A stretch of 64,000 nt of DNA from Octopus vulgaris (GCA_951406725.2 OX597827.1:28086001-28150000); one strand, 5' to 3'. Positions 27,078 through 40,580 are shown, counted from the stretch's first letter. Numbers and translations are program-made. The notes: generated by a model not told the origin, from the letters alone.

Positions 27078-27370
27078 CCATGTAACTGCCACCCTGGGAC
27101 CATCTGCCCTCTACAAACCTGTTGAAGAATAATGTAATTTATAAATGCACCGTCCTCAACACATTACACAATTCTACAACCATGTATATATATATAGGAT
27201 CAACTATAGATTTTAAACAGCGATACGCTGCGCATTTCAATACTTTTAGATATGAGAAACGCAGTAAATTCACAACACTCGCCAGTCACATATATCAGCT
27301 CAAAAATAGAAATATACCAGAGTCAACGCTCAGCCTGTAAGTTATGCCTAAAAGAAGCATTCCTCTGCAA
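27078..27370 (+). mobile_element. PLE GIY-YIG endonuclease fragment
   Basis: PCNC..CPL..NNVIYKCTV..YIGSTIDFKQRY..HFNTF..TTLASHIYQLK..CKLCLKE. Confidence 0.85.
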
Positions 27371-27958
27371 GGTCACCATAAAACAGCTGTTTCGACATGC
27401 TTTCATCCGCCATTCGAACAATATTGCAACACCATCTCATTTCATTCCTCAAAATCATAGCTTTAATTCAGGTGATGCCTGCAGATGCAAGGATATCGGC
27501 GTTTGGAGTAAAAGAATTCTATCTAATGTTTAAAATATGATGAAGGTATTTTTGGTGGAATTGTTCTAACAATTTAAAATACCTTTAATAACGAGTTCAT
27601 GTTTCACAAGAATACAACAGGGATGGTAAGACAGCCATGTGCGATTTGTTTCCACAAAGGAAAAATAAAGAAAATATAATTGTTACTAAATGCGACTAAG
27701 GGCGTAAAGACTCCTATACTGCTAAAAATAAGAGCTAAGATGCTCTAATGCTCTAGTAAAAGTACATAATTGTACACGTCTAAATTGTAATCGTCTAAAA
27801 ATACCGATTCAGTTAATGGTAACACATTATGCATGGCTGTTTATATTAATTTTTGTATACACATTAGCGAATTACTAAATCATCACTAAATTTTTATGGA
27901 AAATACATATATGCTGACGGTTGATTAAGCCCAGAAATAGTCGAATGAGTGGTCGTCA

Positions 27959-27998
27959 CTGACGAGGCTACGAAAATATCCGAAACTGAAGTTCAGTA
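27959..27998 (+). ncRNA. Type I hammerhead motif inside an inverted-repeat unit
   Basis: CTGACGA-GGCTA-CGAAAA-TATCC-GAAA-CTGAA-G-TTCAG-TA; stem I is weak. Confidence 0.65.
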
Positions 27999-28147
27999 TT
28001 TGGAATTCTCGAATCGGTGTTTTGGGGGCGATTACAGCCTCGTGAGCATATATGTATATAATTATGTGTTTCTACTACAGCATTAGAGCATTCTAGCTCT
28101 TATTTCTAGCAGTGCACTTGTCTTGACACCCTTAGTTGTGTATATAT

Positions 28148-28189
<42 letters not shown>

Positions 28190-29759
28190 TGTGTGTGTAT
28201 GTGTGCATGTATGTATGTATAAATCAGATGTGCAAGGATATATCACGTGTATGTATCAGTGAGAACCTCTTTCAGCCCACATCACAATGGCGCCGTTAAA
28301 AGCCCCACCATTAAAGAAGTTGTTGGTCATATTTAGTAGAACTCATGAAAAGTGTGAACAAAAATAAAAAGAGAAGAAAGATAAAAATGTGCTGAGTTTG
28401 AATAGCCACAGTCCATTTGTGTAATGACAGACCAATATTCACGAGACGAGTTCTAATGTGATCGATTAGTATGTGATGTACTATCGAATGAATCATTTTT
28501 AAAATGATGACCTATTTCAAAATGGCCGCTACCAATACTTCTTCGATCAGCAATACTAATTTTATTGCTGATGTTTTCTTGAATAGTATTAGTGTTTTGC
28601 TGGGGTAATTCGCTTTGTCGATATTCCAGCCGATATGAATCGGTTATTTATTGCATTTCTAAATATCATTATATATCGTTTCAAGCAAATTTGTTAAAAT
28701 ATACCGAGAACTGGGTCAGTAATTACAGAGCCATATGAAAAATTGCCATGTTGATCTCTTAAATGTCATTGATTATATGGCGAAATATCTGAATTCATAG
28801 TCGACAGAACACTTCTAACATAGCGTAACATAGTGCACCAAATAACGACTTCAGATGAAACTTGTAATTCACTAGATATAAAATAAGCTGGCAAACCTTC
28901 ATCATAAAAGACAAAGACCAAATAAAAAAACAAAGCAAACGAAAAAACACGACATTTTGCTTGACTCCAATTTCTGTATCGCAACACAAATAACATAATA
29001 TAAATATTTTTCCGTATAAGGTAACTAGTTTATTTCTATTATCTATTTTCTGCGCTTAACTGCTTGGAGTGAAGCACACGGTAGCAGAAAGGAAAAGAAG
29101 CAAACATACTACTCCACACATACAACATACTGTTGCAGTTCTGATCATTCGAACAGGCCGCTTCGTTATTCAGCCATATCAATTTTGGCATCGGGTTATA
29201 CTATATGCAAAGACCTTAGCAATGACTAATTCGATGTTTGTCACTTTATGCAAATTATCTACGCCATAAATATGTTCTATTCTTTTCGTATTTGAGTATG
29301 GCGCGTGGCTACTGGAGATAGGGTGTAACAGATTCCATGCTGATGACACCTATTTAGGAAGAAACACGTGCAATGCGATTTTCGTTTTATTTCCAAAGTA
29401 TAAGCTTTACGTTGAATGGCGTTTTGACATTGAATAATTTTTTTTCGTGAAATTAGCTCCCCCTCCTCACAACTCACATAGATCTTGTCTCAATTACTAT
29501 TTTGTAATTATAATAGAGATGGCGATGATTTTAATAAATCAAGAATCGATGATTTATGATATTTGATATACCTGTATTTGCCTATGTTGTTCATTAACAT
29601 GTCACTGTCGATGCTGAACTAATTCTCTTGTCTAAATTTTGCTTTTTCTGCTAAATAGAATCGAAACCTGTTCTTCTTAAATTCCTGCTGAGCACCCCCT
29701 GACAAGAAATATCGTCCTTTTTAAGGCCAAATAATAGCTTTTGGAATGTGAGGTTCTTT

Positions 29760-30495
29760 TTCACAGCCTTCAACTTTTAGCTCCTGCATGTAATGACGTT
29801 TCCACGGACGAAACTTCAATTCTTTATGCAACACCGTACGTGTTGGAGTAAAGATTATTTGCCAACATAACATGGCATGCCAGGTTTAGGACGAATGTTG
29901 CTGTAATTTAGCCCCAGGAAACATCATCTCCAGCTGGCTATAGGGCACGATGTCTCTTGGGACTAAATTACAGCAACATTCATCCTAAACTAGGACCGCC
30001 ATGTTATGCTGGCAAATAATCTTTACTTCAAAGTACTGTTGCTGAATATCTTTCGTTTTGAGATTTACAAATAGTAATTTACCGTATGTATTGTTTGTCC
30101 ATCTTCTCGTGTTGATTTTTGCGGGCTGCAAATAAACATTTCCTGCACTGTTGCCACGTTCTCAGCTGATCGGGATGTGATTGGACGGCCACTTCTTCTT
30201 GCACCGTTCACAGAGCCCGTGGTCATCAGCTTTGCATGACAGCTTTCTATTGTCTCCGGACGTTGTGTTGTATGCTTAGCTTTCCTTGCACGCCACTATC
30301 TCTGAACCAAAACAATGGAATTCCACACTTTATAGCGTGCTGCTATCTTAGCTCACTCCTGAACAGTCAAGCGACCGACCATCTGGAAAATAAGAAATAA
30401 GAAATCTCCATTAGTGTTGTCTATTCAAAAAATGTTTTCATCGTGACTTCAGTGATAGTAAATATTCAATAAATAATTTACTTTCCACCCACGCT
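29760..30495 (-). mobile_element. Decayed Tc1/mariner-superfamily transposon (N-terminal HTH region)
   Basis: My translation from the ATG at 30382: MVGRLTVQE*AKIAARY..SIVLVQR*WR..KLMTTGSVNGARRSGRPITSRSAENVATVQEMFICSPQKSTR..VLHKELKFRPWKRHYMQELKVEGCEKR. The terminus TA-CAGCGTG is at ~30497. Confidence 0.8.
29828..30042. mobile_element. Fold-back MITE-like hairpin nested in the Tc1/mariner relic
   Basis: ~85 bp arms (GAGTAAAGATTATTTGCCAACATAACATGGC..TGTTGCTGTAATTTAG) mirrored across a ~25 bp spacer. Confidence 0.8.
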
Positions 30496-30842
30496 GTATA
30501 TATATATATATATATATATACACATCACCACCACCACATACCATCATCTACACACCCACAGATAATCTTCAGTAGCGTCCCCAAACATACCTCTATATGA
30601 GCAGCCATACGTCACCGATACACACACACTTACACGCGTGAAAGTCACTAGCTCTAACACATTCTCACACACCATTCTCACATACACATACGCACGCGGA
30701 CCTTCATTTGGAATCACTAGCATTTTATTATCTCCCTTTCTTTCAACCTATTCTTTCAAAATCTTTTTTGTAATCATTCGCCATGCTTGATCGCTAAATC
30801 TACAGTTATTTTCATTCTTTCTCTGTTAATTTCCTCTTCTTC

Positions 30843-30878
30843 CTTTCTGTTGAAGAGCGTAGACTCGAAACGTAAAAG
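30843..30878 (+). ncRNA. Minimal hammerhead motif (CUGUUGA variant) in a solo PLE pLTR relic at ~30720-30960
   Basis: CTTT-CTGTTGA-A-GAGC-GTAG-ACTC-GAAA-CG-TA-AAAG, with flanks homologous to 2500-2790. Confidence 0.6.
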
Positions 30879-31147
30879 AGTTTTTCATTTTCCCGAGCAT
30901 CAAACTAATACACCTGCTTGTTGTCCACAGGCCTCTCTTCACCTTTTGTTTTTCTATAAATTTCAGCTGTCCTGTTTTTGTTCTTAACTTTGACCCGCTA
31001 TAAAAGGGTCGTTGATGAAGAGTCGTTCTTTGTGTTACTTGTCTTGTTTTCCATTTTTCTCTCTCATTGTTTGCGTATTTTACTCATTTGTTTTCGTATT
31101 TCATGTTGTTTATTGTTCGTGACGACCTGTGCCCATATATGCATATA

Positions 31148-31541
31148 TCTATATACATAAATGTGTAATGGTGTCTGTCTGTGTGTGTGTTTGGGGTTAC
31201 GCTAACTTCTCCCACACCGTCCAACCGATTTTAATGATATTTGGCACATAGGTAGATCACATAGCCTGAAGTTCAAATGAGGCCGGAATTTTTTGAAAAC
31301 TCGATAATGCTTAGTTGGCATCGATTTCTATGAGCTCAAACGGGCGATTGAATGGAAACTCCCAAAACGATATTATTTTTCCTGCGGCCTTTACTTTTTT
31401 TCACGTAAAATTTCAACAAATTCGATAGAATACTCTATGGGTAATAGTTGGCACGGGGAAAGTAGAAGATTTCATTACAATATCAGAAGTGGGCTTAACT
31501 TCAATACGGAAAACATGAGCAACGCCGAGTCCAACAGCTAG
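31148..31541 (+). mobile_element. Short non-autonomous Helitron-like element
   Basis: 5' TCTATATACATAAATG, a (TGTC) microsatellite, internal CCGATTTTAATGATATTTGGCACA, and 3' GCAACGCCGAGTCCAACAGCTAG, all resembling short invertebrate Helitrons. Confidence 0.6.
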
Positions 31542-31587
31542 AACATACATTCAGAGAATATATTACAAATCTATACAGTCTCATATA

Positions 31588-31646
<59 letters not shown>

Positions 31647-32027
31647 TCTTATTGTCAATATTTCTTTTCCTTCTCTTAGAAAAGAAGTCTTGTAATTAAT
31701 ATGGAACAAGTTCTTATTGGTTGGAACTAGACACATAAAGGATGCAGGTTTACACGGAGGCTTAGCAGTAAGTGATTTCCTTATATTTCGTATCTCTTCA
31801 AGAATAACTCACAAATTGAGACATTCTTCGAGTCTCTCACATTGTTACAATATCTCCTACACTAAAAAATATTACACCGCTAAATATTTTAACATATTTT
31901 CAGGAATTTCAGACAGTATATGTATGTGTGTACGCGTGTATGTGTCTGTATGCGTTCGAATAGTATATACATACTCGCATACTTATATTTACATATAGAT
32001 GTATGTATATATGAATATATATATTCG

Positions 32028-32095
<68 letters not shown>

Positions 32096-34253
32096 TGCAT
32101 ATCTATATATCTATATATTTGCATGAATATATATATATATGTGAATATATATACAAATATATATGTATATCTATATATTTATATGTCTGTATCAATATAT
32201 ATATATATATATATATATACATCCATACATACATGAATACATACATGCATACATACACACACAAACACTGATGACGATGTCTGATGTGACACACCTATGC
32301 CAAAACTACGATATTTATTTGTTTTTTCTTTTCTTTTTTTTGTTTTTATTAATTTATGTAGCAGTTTAGAGTATACCATACAGTGAAGAAATTATTCATA
32401 CCAACCAATACTTGATGACATTCCCAGGAAGTGAAGGTAGATAAATTAAAATATGTCTGCTATACTGAAAAACGCTTGTAAAAATTTCTGTATGTTAGCG
32501 TCTCTGAAAGACTAGAAAGTGAGAATATTTTCGCCATTATCTCCTCACTGTCAGCTTTAATTATTTCTTTTCACATTATTTCTTAAACATGTTATATACT
32601 TATCTCCATAAATTTTTCCTTGTATTCTTCCTTATTCCTTTCATTCCACATTTCTATGTTTTCTTCTTCGTTTGTTTGTTTTATTTCACGACTTCCTGCC
32701 ATCTTCGTTTCAGTAGTGAAGAAGATACGATATCTTTGATCGCATAACTTAAAACTTATCTTACATAAAATTCATTGCCTTACAGCATTTTCCTGTCAAA
32801 CTCTATATTTTTGATCTGCTAGAGTAGTTCCTTGTTTATTGGTTTTCGCTATTAACAATTCGCTACTGGTATTCTATAAAACACTAACAAAATATTATTT
32901 TATATGGATGAAAAAAATATTCTCAAAGGGGTTGTAACAAGGAAATACCGTCATCTTTTTCGAGATAGTCGTTCTAAATATTTGATGTCAGATAACAGCG
33001 TTCACGTTGGTCTGTTTGACGGATTTGTCTGTTTGCCTGTCATTTGTCTCTTTTTTTTTTAAATAAATAAATGAAAATGAATAAATAATAAATAAATAAA
33101 TAATAATATCTGCGTGCAGTATTTCTATGGAGACTGCTGCCGCTGTGTTGTATGACGTTGTAACTAGTCGCTATTGATTGTAAAAGGGAAAACAAACAAG
33201 TTCTTAGTTATTCAATTATGTATGACTTGCAAGAATCGTTGTAGAGCGTGGTGAAAAATCCATTAATTCATTTAAAAACAAATATCTCGTCTTCAAATTT
33301 AGATACCGAAAGATGTGCAAGAGGAGTTAATATCTCAGTACGTCAACATCACAATTCGGTTTCAATCTCCAATAATTGAAAGCTCCTTAATTTTTATTTC
33401 TTCGAGTAATGTATTTCGGAATTGCATGAACGTCACTCAATCTATGCTAACTGTTGTCATATCGAATTACAGAAATAAAAATTATAAAGGAGAGTATTGT
33501 AGTTCGCTTGAAGCATTGTGCATTGTTTGTAAAGAATAAAATATTTTGAATGGTATAACAATGCACTATAATACAAACAATGGACTATAATAACTGTTGT
33601 AATTTAATCATCCATAGTCTGATATGATATATCGGAATAAAATCCCTTCTTCAGATAACCCTAGGAATTGATGGAGTCACTGCTATAATCGCCGTGCTTG
33701 TGTGGTTGGGGTTTAAATTCAAGCTACCCTAAGTTTCATGCTTCTGATAATATAATTGTCGGGCGAGCTTGTAAAGCGTGCCGCGTAGTATCAAGCCACC
33801 ATTCAAGTTCAAAGTACAACATATGTATCATATTGTATTATATAATATTATATTATGTTATATTATATTCCACTTTTGCCTCTCATAATTATATTACGTT
33901 GCGTCGATTTCGCGAATTAAGAATTCGTGCAATGTTTAACCTATTCAAGAGTATTAACGTCTTTCTTCCCATCGACTGTTGCAATGATTTAAGGATATGT
34001 TTTCGCTGCATTACTTGTTTAATTGTTCGAATAAAATTGAATTATTTCAAGCAAGCATTACGTGAAACAGATACGCGTGTGTGTCTGTGTGTGACTGTGT
34101 GTCTTTGTGTTTGTGTGTATGCGTGTGTGTGTATATGTGCTTGCGCATCTGTGTGTCTCGTCGATTGCTAATCAGTCTTAATATTTGTGCTAAACTACCA
34201 ATCATAATATAAAAATAGCAATAATCCATGAGAAACTTACACACACGAACAAG

Positions 34254-34314
<61 letters not shown>

Positions 34315-34538
34315 GCACGCACACATACACTCATGCACATACACAGATGTCACTTGAGATTGTCGATGAACAGACTGACGGAATGAGATTTAGTGAACCG
34401 AGATAATCCGACAGAGATAAATCGCCTTCAATCCCACATCTCAGCCTATTCGGCTGCCTAAGATTTGACACCAGCCAAGCGAAGGTAAACAACACGGCAC
34501 GGCAGATTAGAGAACATATTATCACAACAGAGTCTAAG

Positions 34539-34571
<33 letters not shown>

Positions 34572-35047
34572 CACATGGCATAACATAGCAACATCGCATT
34601 ACACCACACACGTGAAGGAGTTGTCTATGTGGTCCATTCATTCACTAGAAATAGCAGTTAAAATTCCTTCAAATCTCATTCTAGTGTCTTGGAAAGGCAA
34701 AAAAATGGAAAGGTGTGCAGTAAATATTGTTGTCCTAGATACACACTTTCTGAGGGGAAAATGAAGAAAATAAAGACGAGGATGGCTGGAACGTCGTTGA
34801 TTCTTGGTCAGTTTGTTTAAAAGTCAGTTTATTTATTAGGTGCAAAATCTACAATTAGAAAAAAAAGGAGACATTTTTGAACAAAGTCAAGCTAGATAAG
34901 AAAAAAGTTGGGATGGTCATAATTGGGACACCTTTGATTAAAAGTATACTCAATTAGGAGTAACAACAGCGAAACACCATCACACTGTATCGGACCATTC
35001 TACACACAACAGACCGTACAAGACCATGAGCAACAAGCTGTACTACA

Positions 35048-35225
35048 GGCGCAGGCGTGGCTGCCTGCTAGGAAGCATACTTCCTAATCGCATGGTTCTG
35101 GATTCAGTTCCACTGCGTGGCACCTTGGGCAAGTGTCCTCTACTATAACTCCGGGGAGATCAAAGCCTTGTAAATGGATTTGGTAGACAGAAAAAGATAA
35201 ACAGAAAGGGAACGTAGTCCGTCTT
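35048..35225 (+). mobile_element. CORE-type SINE, 5' half
   Basis: GGCGCAGGCGTGGCTG..CCACTGCGTGGCACCTTGGGCAAGTG. Confidence 0.85.
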
Positions 35226-35226
35226 T

Positions 35227-35272
<46 letters not shown>

Positions 35273-35280
35273 CTTTGATC

Positions 35281-35507
35281 TTTTACTTGCTTCAGTCATG
35301 TGACTGTGGCCATGCTGGAGCACCGCCTTTAGTCGAGCACATCGACACCAGGACTTATTCTTTGTAAGCCTAGTTCTTATTCTATTGGTCTCTTTTGCCG
35401 AACCGCTAAGTTACGAGGACGTAAACACACCTGCGTCGGTTGTCAAGCGATGTTGGGGGGACAAACACAGACACACACACACGCGTACGCACACACACAG
35501 ACACACA

Positions 35508-35553
<46 letters not shown>

Positions 35554-35723
35554 CATATTACGACGCGCTTCTTTCAGTTTCCGTCTACCAAATCCACTCA
35601 CAAGGCTTTGGTCGGCCTGAGGCTATAGTAGAATACACTTGCCCAAGATGCTACGCAGTGGGACTGAATCCGAAACCATGTGGTTCATAAGCAAGCTACT
35701 TACCACACAGCCACTCCTACGCC
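35281..35723 (-). mobile_element. CORE-type tRNA SINE, full length, with internal (TA)/(TG) tract
   Basis: Complete family structure on the reverse strand, from GGCGTAGGAGTGGCTGTGTGG to TGACTGAAGCAAGTAAAA. A plus-strand 3' half follows at 35775-35980. Confidence 0.9.
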
Positions 35724-35769
<46 letters not shown>

Positions 35770-36253
35770 CGTATGTCTTTGTGTCTGTTTGTTCCCTATC
35801 ACTGCTTGACGACCAGTGTTCGTGTATTGACGACCCCGTAAGCTAGCGGTTCGGCAAAAGAGTGCGGTAGAATAAATACCAGGCTGTATAAAAATGAGTA
35901 CTATGGTAAATTCCTTCGACAAAAAATTCTTCAAGGCTGTGCCCCAGCATGGCTACAGTCTAATGACTGAAACAAGCAAGATATTAAAGATACCATATTC
36001 AATCACGCACAACAGATCACAGCAAACCATTCATAACACGCCATACCATCGCGTCCCTTACGGATAAACAAATTGTTTCTTCCCCGTCGAGAGAAAATAA
36101 AAATCGATCGATTCATTCAGTTCAATACTTGATATTGTTGAAATTCCCAATGAAATGGCTGTAATGAAGCTTTCGTAGGAAATCGAAACGTTACAGTTTG
36201 TGTCAGTTGCGTTGATTAAGGCGAATCAGTTGCCAATTTTGTATTGAACTTAA

Positions 36254-36305
36254 CATCGCCATCCATGGCATCGCCATCCATGGCATCGCCATCCATGGCA
36301 TCGCC
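36254..36305. repeat. 15-bp tandem repeat (CATCGCCATCCATGG) x3.4
   Basis: Directly visible perfect units. Confidence 0.9.
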
Positions 36306-37378
36306 AGTGTCCGCCAGCAGGAACTTCAACGGACAAGCTTTGAAATCCATCTTTAATTGCTGTCATTATTTTTCCTGTTGTAACGAAGCTATAAACTTCT
36401 GCAACCAATCTTCTAATTAGGCTTCAACGAGAGTTCATTTCATAGCGACAACTTCTCACCTGACCTGAAAAGCACGTCCCTGGTATCTACAGAAGTTTGT
36501 ATGTATGTCTCTCTCACTCTCTTCTTTCTCCCTCTCTCTCTTTCTCTCTCTGGGTTGGTGTGTATGTAAGTATGTGTTTGTATGAGTGTTTGTATGGTAT
36601 ACACGTTTGTGCTTGTCTACTACACGCGTATATAGTGATGTGTGAGTGAGTGCTTATATATAATGTATATGTATGTATATATGTATGTATGTATGTATGC
36701 ATGTATGTATGCATGTATGCATGCATGTATGCATGCATGTATGCATGTATGTATGTATGCATGTATGTATGTATGTATGAATGTATGTGTGCATTACTAC
36801 TCGCTTGTGATGTATTTATATAAGTTTGCGTGTATATATATGTGTTTATATAAGTTTGCGTCTTGTCTAAGATGTGTGTGCGTGTCTGTACTACATGTAT
36901 GCAATGTGATGTTTGTTTACGCGTTTGTGTATAATTATATGTGTGTATTCGTATGTGTGTGTAGAACCTGCTTGTGTTGTGTGTATACGTGTTTGTGTAT
37001 AATTATATGTGTATATGTGTGTGTGTGCGTAGAACCTGCTTGTGGTGTGTGAATACGCGTTTGTGTATAATAATATGTGTGTATGTGTCTGTGTAGAACC
37101 TGCTTGTGTTGTGTGTATGCGTATCTCTAAGTTTGTGATGACGTGTGTGTATATGGTTTTCTATAAGAGTGTGTGTGCGTGCACATTGAGGTATGTGCGT
37201 GCGAGTGTATACTTGTATATGTGTATGTATGTGTGCACCTGTTTTTAAGCATGGTTATATATGTGTATGTATATATATATAGAAATGCATGTATATATAA
37301 ATATATATATGTATGTACATGTATCTGTACGTATGTGTATATATGTATATATATATATATGTATATATGTGTGTGTGC

Positions 37379-37418
<40 letters not shown>

Positions 37419-37789
37419 ATATATAAATGTAAGTATATATATGTTTGTATATGTATGTATATATGTGTGTGTATGTGTAGGTTATGAAGAAACATCTTTA
37501 GGTGTGTGTATGTGTGTGTGTGTGTGGTGAGTTTTGAGGAGCATGTGTGCGTGTGTATATCCATGTGTATACGCATGTGTGCATGTGTTTGTATGATGGT
37601 GTGAGTGCGGTGTCGATGAGATCGTTTATTGAAATGCTGTTCCAGATTACATTTAGAACCCCCCCCCCCAAAAAAAAAAGGAAAAGCAGAAAAAATATAA
37701 AAAGAGGGAAAAGGAAACAAATTATTCATTTTAGATGTTTGTAATTAAGGCAACATTAAGATAACGTCAATATGAAGGATAGCAAAATA

Positions 37790-38235
37790 AATAAAAGAAA
37801 GAAAGAAAGAAAGAAAGAAAGAAAACCGAAAGAAAGAAAGAGAGAAAACCGAAAGAAAGAATTAAAGAAAGAAAAAAGAAACAAAGAAAATCCGAAAGAA
37901 AGAAAGAAAGAAAGAATGAATGAATGAATGAATGAAAGAAAGAAAGAAAAAAGAAAAATCGAAAGAAAGAAAGAAAAAATGAAAGAATGAAAGAATGAAA
38001 GAAAAAAAGAAAAAAGAAAAATCGAAAGAAAGAAAGAAAGAAAGAAAGAATGAAAGAAAGAAAGAAAGAAAAATCGAAAGAAAGAAAGAAAGAAAGAATG
38101 AAAGAATGAAAGAAAGAAAGAAAAAAGAATGAAAGAAAGAAAGAAAGAAAGAATGAAAGAATGAAAGAAAGAAAGAAAGAATGAATGAAAGAAAGAAAGA
38201 AAGAAAAATCGAAAGAAAGAAAAAAGAAAATCATA
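37790..38235. repeat. (GAAA)n/(GAAT)n purine-rich microsatellite
   Basis: Directly visible. Confidence 0.95.
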
Positions 38236-38776
38236 GAAATGAGGAGGAAATACTTAAGATGCCAGCGCCACCTTCAGTCCAGGTAACGGTGTTACACATG
38301 TAAGAGAAACTTATTTCACTGAGAAACTGATCGCGTAATTTGAAAAAGAAGTCAGGTGATTCATTATTCTTTTACACTCTTTAACTGTTTCCACTTATTG
38401 AACTCTATCCATGCTGGAGCAATTTCTGCAGGAGCTTTTCGTCGGTCGAATTAAACATAGTAATTATTTCATCTGATGTATGTGATATCGGCTTCGTTTT
38501 TTATCGAATATCTAGGATTTTTTAACATGCCAAACTAGAGGAAATGGCAGGGGGGGCTTGATAGATAACATAGATATTAGGATCTTTTCGTCCCAGAACA
38601 GACACGATACTCAGACAGATTACGGAGGCCACACACCAGAAAGTAGACCGATCCTCAACAGAAAACGTGAATGGAGTAACAACAGACCCAACACCGCCAC
38701 CACTACAATCCATTTTGCAACCTGACAACTGAGGATAGAATGCGGAAAAAATGTCGGGGGTTCAAGTTGTAATATA

Positions 38777-39962
38777 TTGGGTTGGCAACTAAGTTCCCGG
38801 CGTATTTTTAAATTAAAATTGTTTGAAAGTTTTAATAAAAAAAGAATAACAACTAATTAATCAATAATGTATTCACCCTTGTTGTTTACAACTTCTTCCC
38901 AACGTTCAACAAGAATTTCAATACCTCGTTGGTAGAAATTACCCGATTTCGACTCGAAAAATTGATCCAACCAAGCTCTCAATTCTACACCAGTATTGAA
39001 CGAAACTCCGCGCATAGCATTTGAAAGAGATCGAAAGAGGTGGAAATCCGTTAATGCTAAATCAGGCGGGTGTGGAAGCACTTCCCAGCCATGCCTTTGA
39101 ATGGCTTCCTTGGTCATATTGGTGATATGAGGGCGGGAATTGTCGTGCTGCAGAAGAACTCCATGCTGCCAATTAGGTCTTTTCTCTTGAATAGCCGTGA
39201 TAAGTCGTTCCATCTGTTGAACATAGAGTTCCGCGTTGACCGTTTGGTTCCGTTCAAGCAATTCGTAATGGATAATCATTTTCCAGTCTCACCATATGCA
39301 GAACATTGTTTTACGCGGATGAAGATCTTGTTTCACGCGCGGTGTCGCTTCAGGCACCATTTTTCGTCGCCAGTAACGATTCGGTAAGGAAATCGTTGCT
39401 TGTGTCCATGAGTTGAGCGGTGACGAGCAAGTAAACCAGCGGAGATTGTGGCTCGTTGATTTTTGTTGTTGTCACTTAAAGCATACTTCTGAACCTTTCC
39501 CATCGAGTGAAGATGGTTCTCTATAGCAGTGGGAGAGCATTCCGTTTTCTCTGTGAGTTCCATTGTGGTTTGACGAAAATTTTCATGCAAAAGTTGGTTT
39601 AATCGCTCTTCATCGAATTCAACTGGACGGCCAGAACGAGGTAAAAATTTCCATTTTTGAACTTGGCATACCAATCACGTGCGTAATACCAATCACGAGC
39701 TATAGCACCCTCTCCATACACAGCACAAATATCGCGAGCAGCTTTTGCGGCCTTAGAACCTTGATTAAAAGCAAAAAGAAGGTGTCGAAAATGCTCGTTT
39801 TTCTTAACTTGACATTCCATTTTAATGATCTGAAAATAAACAAATATTATCTAAAATTAACTAGAAAAAAAATAGATTCCAAAATGATTCAAAAATAGAA
39901 TTCTCGGAAAAATATAGATTCCAAAATTTTTTTAGATGGCGGAAACTTACTTGCCAACCCAA
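38777..39962 (-). mobile_element. Mariner transposon with both TIRs and TA target duplication; transposase disrupted
   Basis: TA-TTGGGTTGGCAACTAAGTT ... AACTTACTTGCCAACCCAA-TA. Transposase pieces: EHFRHLLFAFNQG..ICAVYG, PRSGRP, IVTGDEKW, LQHDNSRPH, PPDLALTDFHLFRSL. Confidence 0.95.
38857..39820 (-). pseudogene. Mariner DDD transposase, frameshifted
   Basis: ORFs 39599..39820, 39333..39674 and 38857..39279 are collinear. Confidence 0.92.
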
Positions 39963-40167
39963 TAAAGCCCTTATACAATTGCACATGCCAAACACATAGA
40001 CATACACACTGATACGGACGTAGGCGTATGCGGAGATAGGGATACAATCCACAGAAAGACAAAATAGGATAGGACTCGGCCGGAGGGAAGAGGTGATACG
40101 AAGAACAGAAAGTCATTGAAAACGTCACATGAAGTGTGAGGAAAGAACTCTGACAAATAAACTAGTT

Positions 40168-40580
40168 TTAAATTTTGGCACAAGGCCAGCAATTTCGGAG
40201 GAGTGGGTAAGTCGATTACATCGACCCTAGTATTCAGCTGGTACGAAAGACAAAGTCAAACTCAGAATGCAAAGACGGAAGAAATGCCGCTAAGCATTTT
40301 GCCCAGCAGCCAGCTCGCTGCCCTAGAACAAATAAACTAATAGTAATAATAATAATAATAATAATAATCCTTTCTGCTAAAGACACAAGGCCTGAAATTT
40401 TGTGGGAAGTGGACTAGTCGATTACCTCGACTCCAGTGTTTCACTGGCGCTTAAGTTTTCGAACCCCGAAAAGATGAAAGGCAAAGTCGACCTCGGCGGA
40501 ACCCGAGCTCAGAATGCAAAGACGGACGAAATACCGCTAAACACTTTGTCCGCCATGCTAACGATTCTACTAGCTCGCTG
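40168..40580 (-). mobile_element. Two adjacent Nin/Deu-domain SINE copies (40168-40322 and 40368-40580)
   Basis: CCCCGAAAAGATGAAAGGCAAAGTCGACCTCGGCGG..AGACGGACGAAATACCGCTAA; an (AAT)n tract lies between them and another follows. Confidence 0.8.

Noticed and set aside
24885-29220. Short minus-strand hydrophobic, exon-like peptides near 24.9, 26.3 and 29.1 kb and a 64-codon open stretch at 28.45-28.65 kb
   Set aside because: Stops or frameshifts and no consistent gene model; RNA-seq would be needed.
38522-38728. 68-aa non-repetitive ORF next to the mariner
   Set aside because: No recognisable motif, and the length is within chance expectation.
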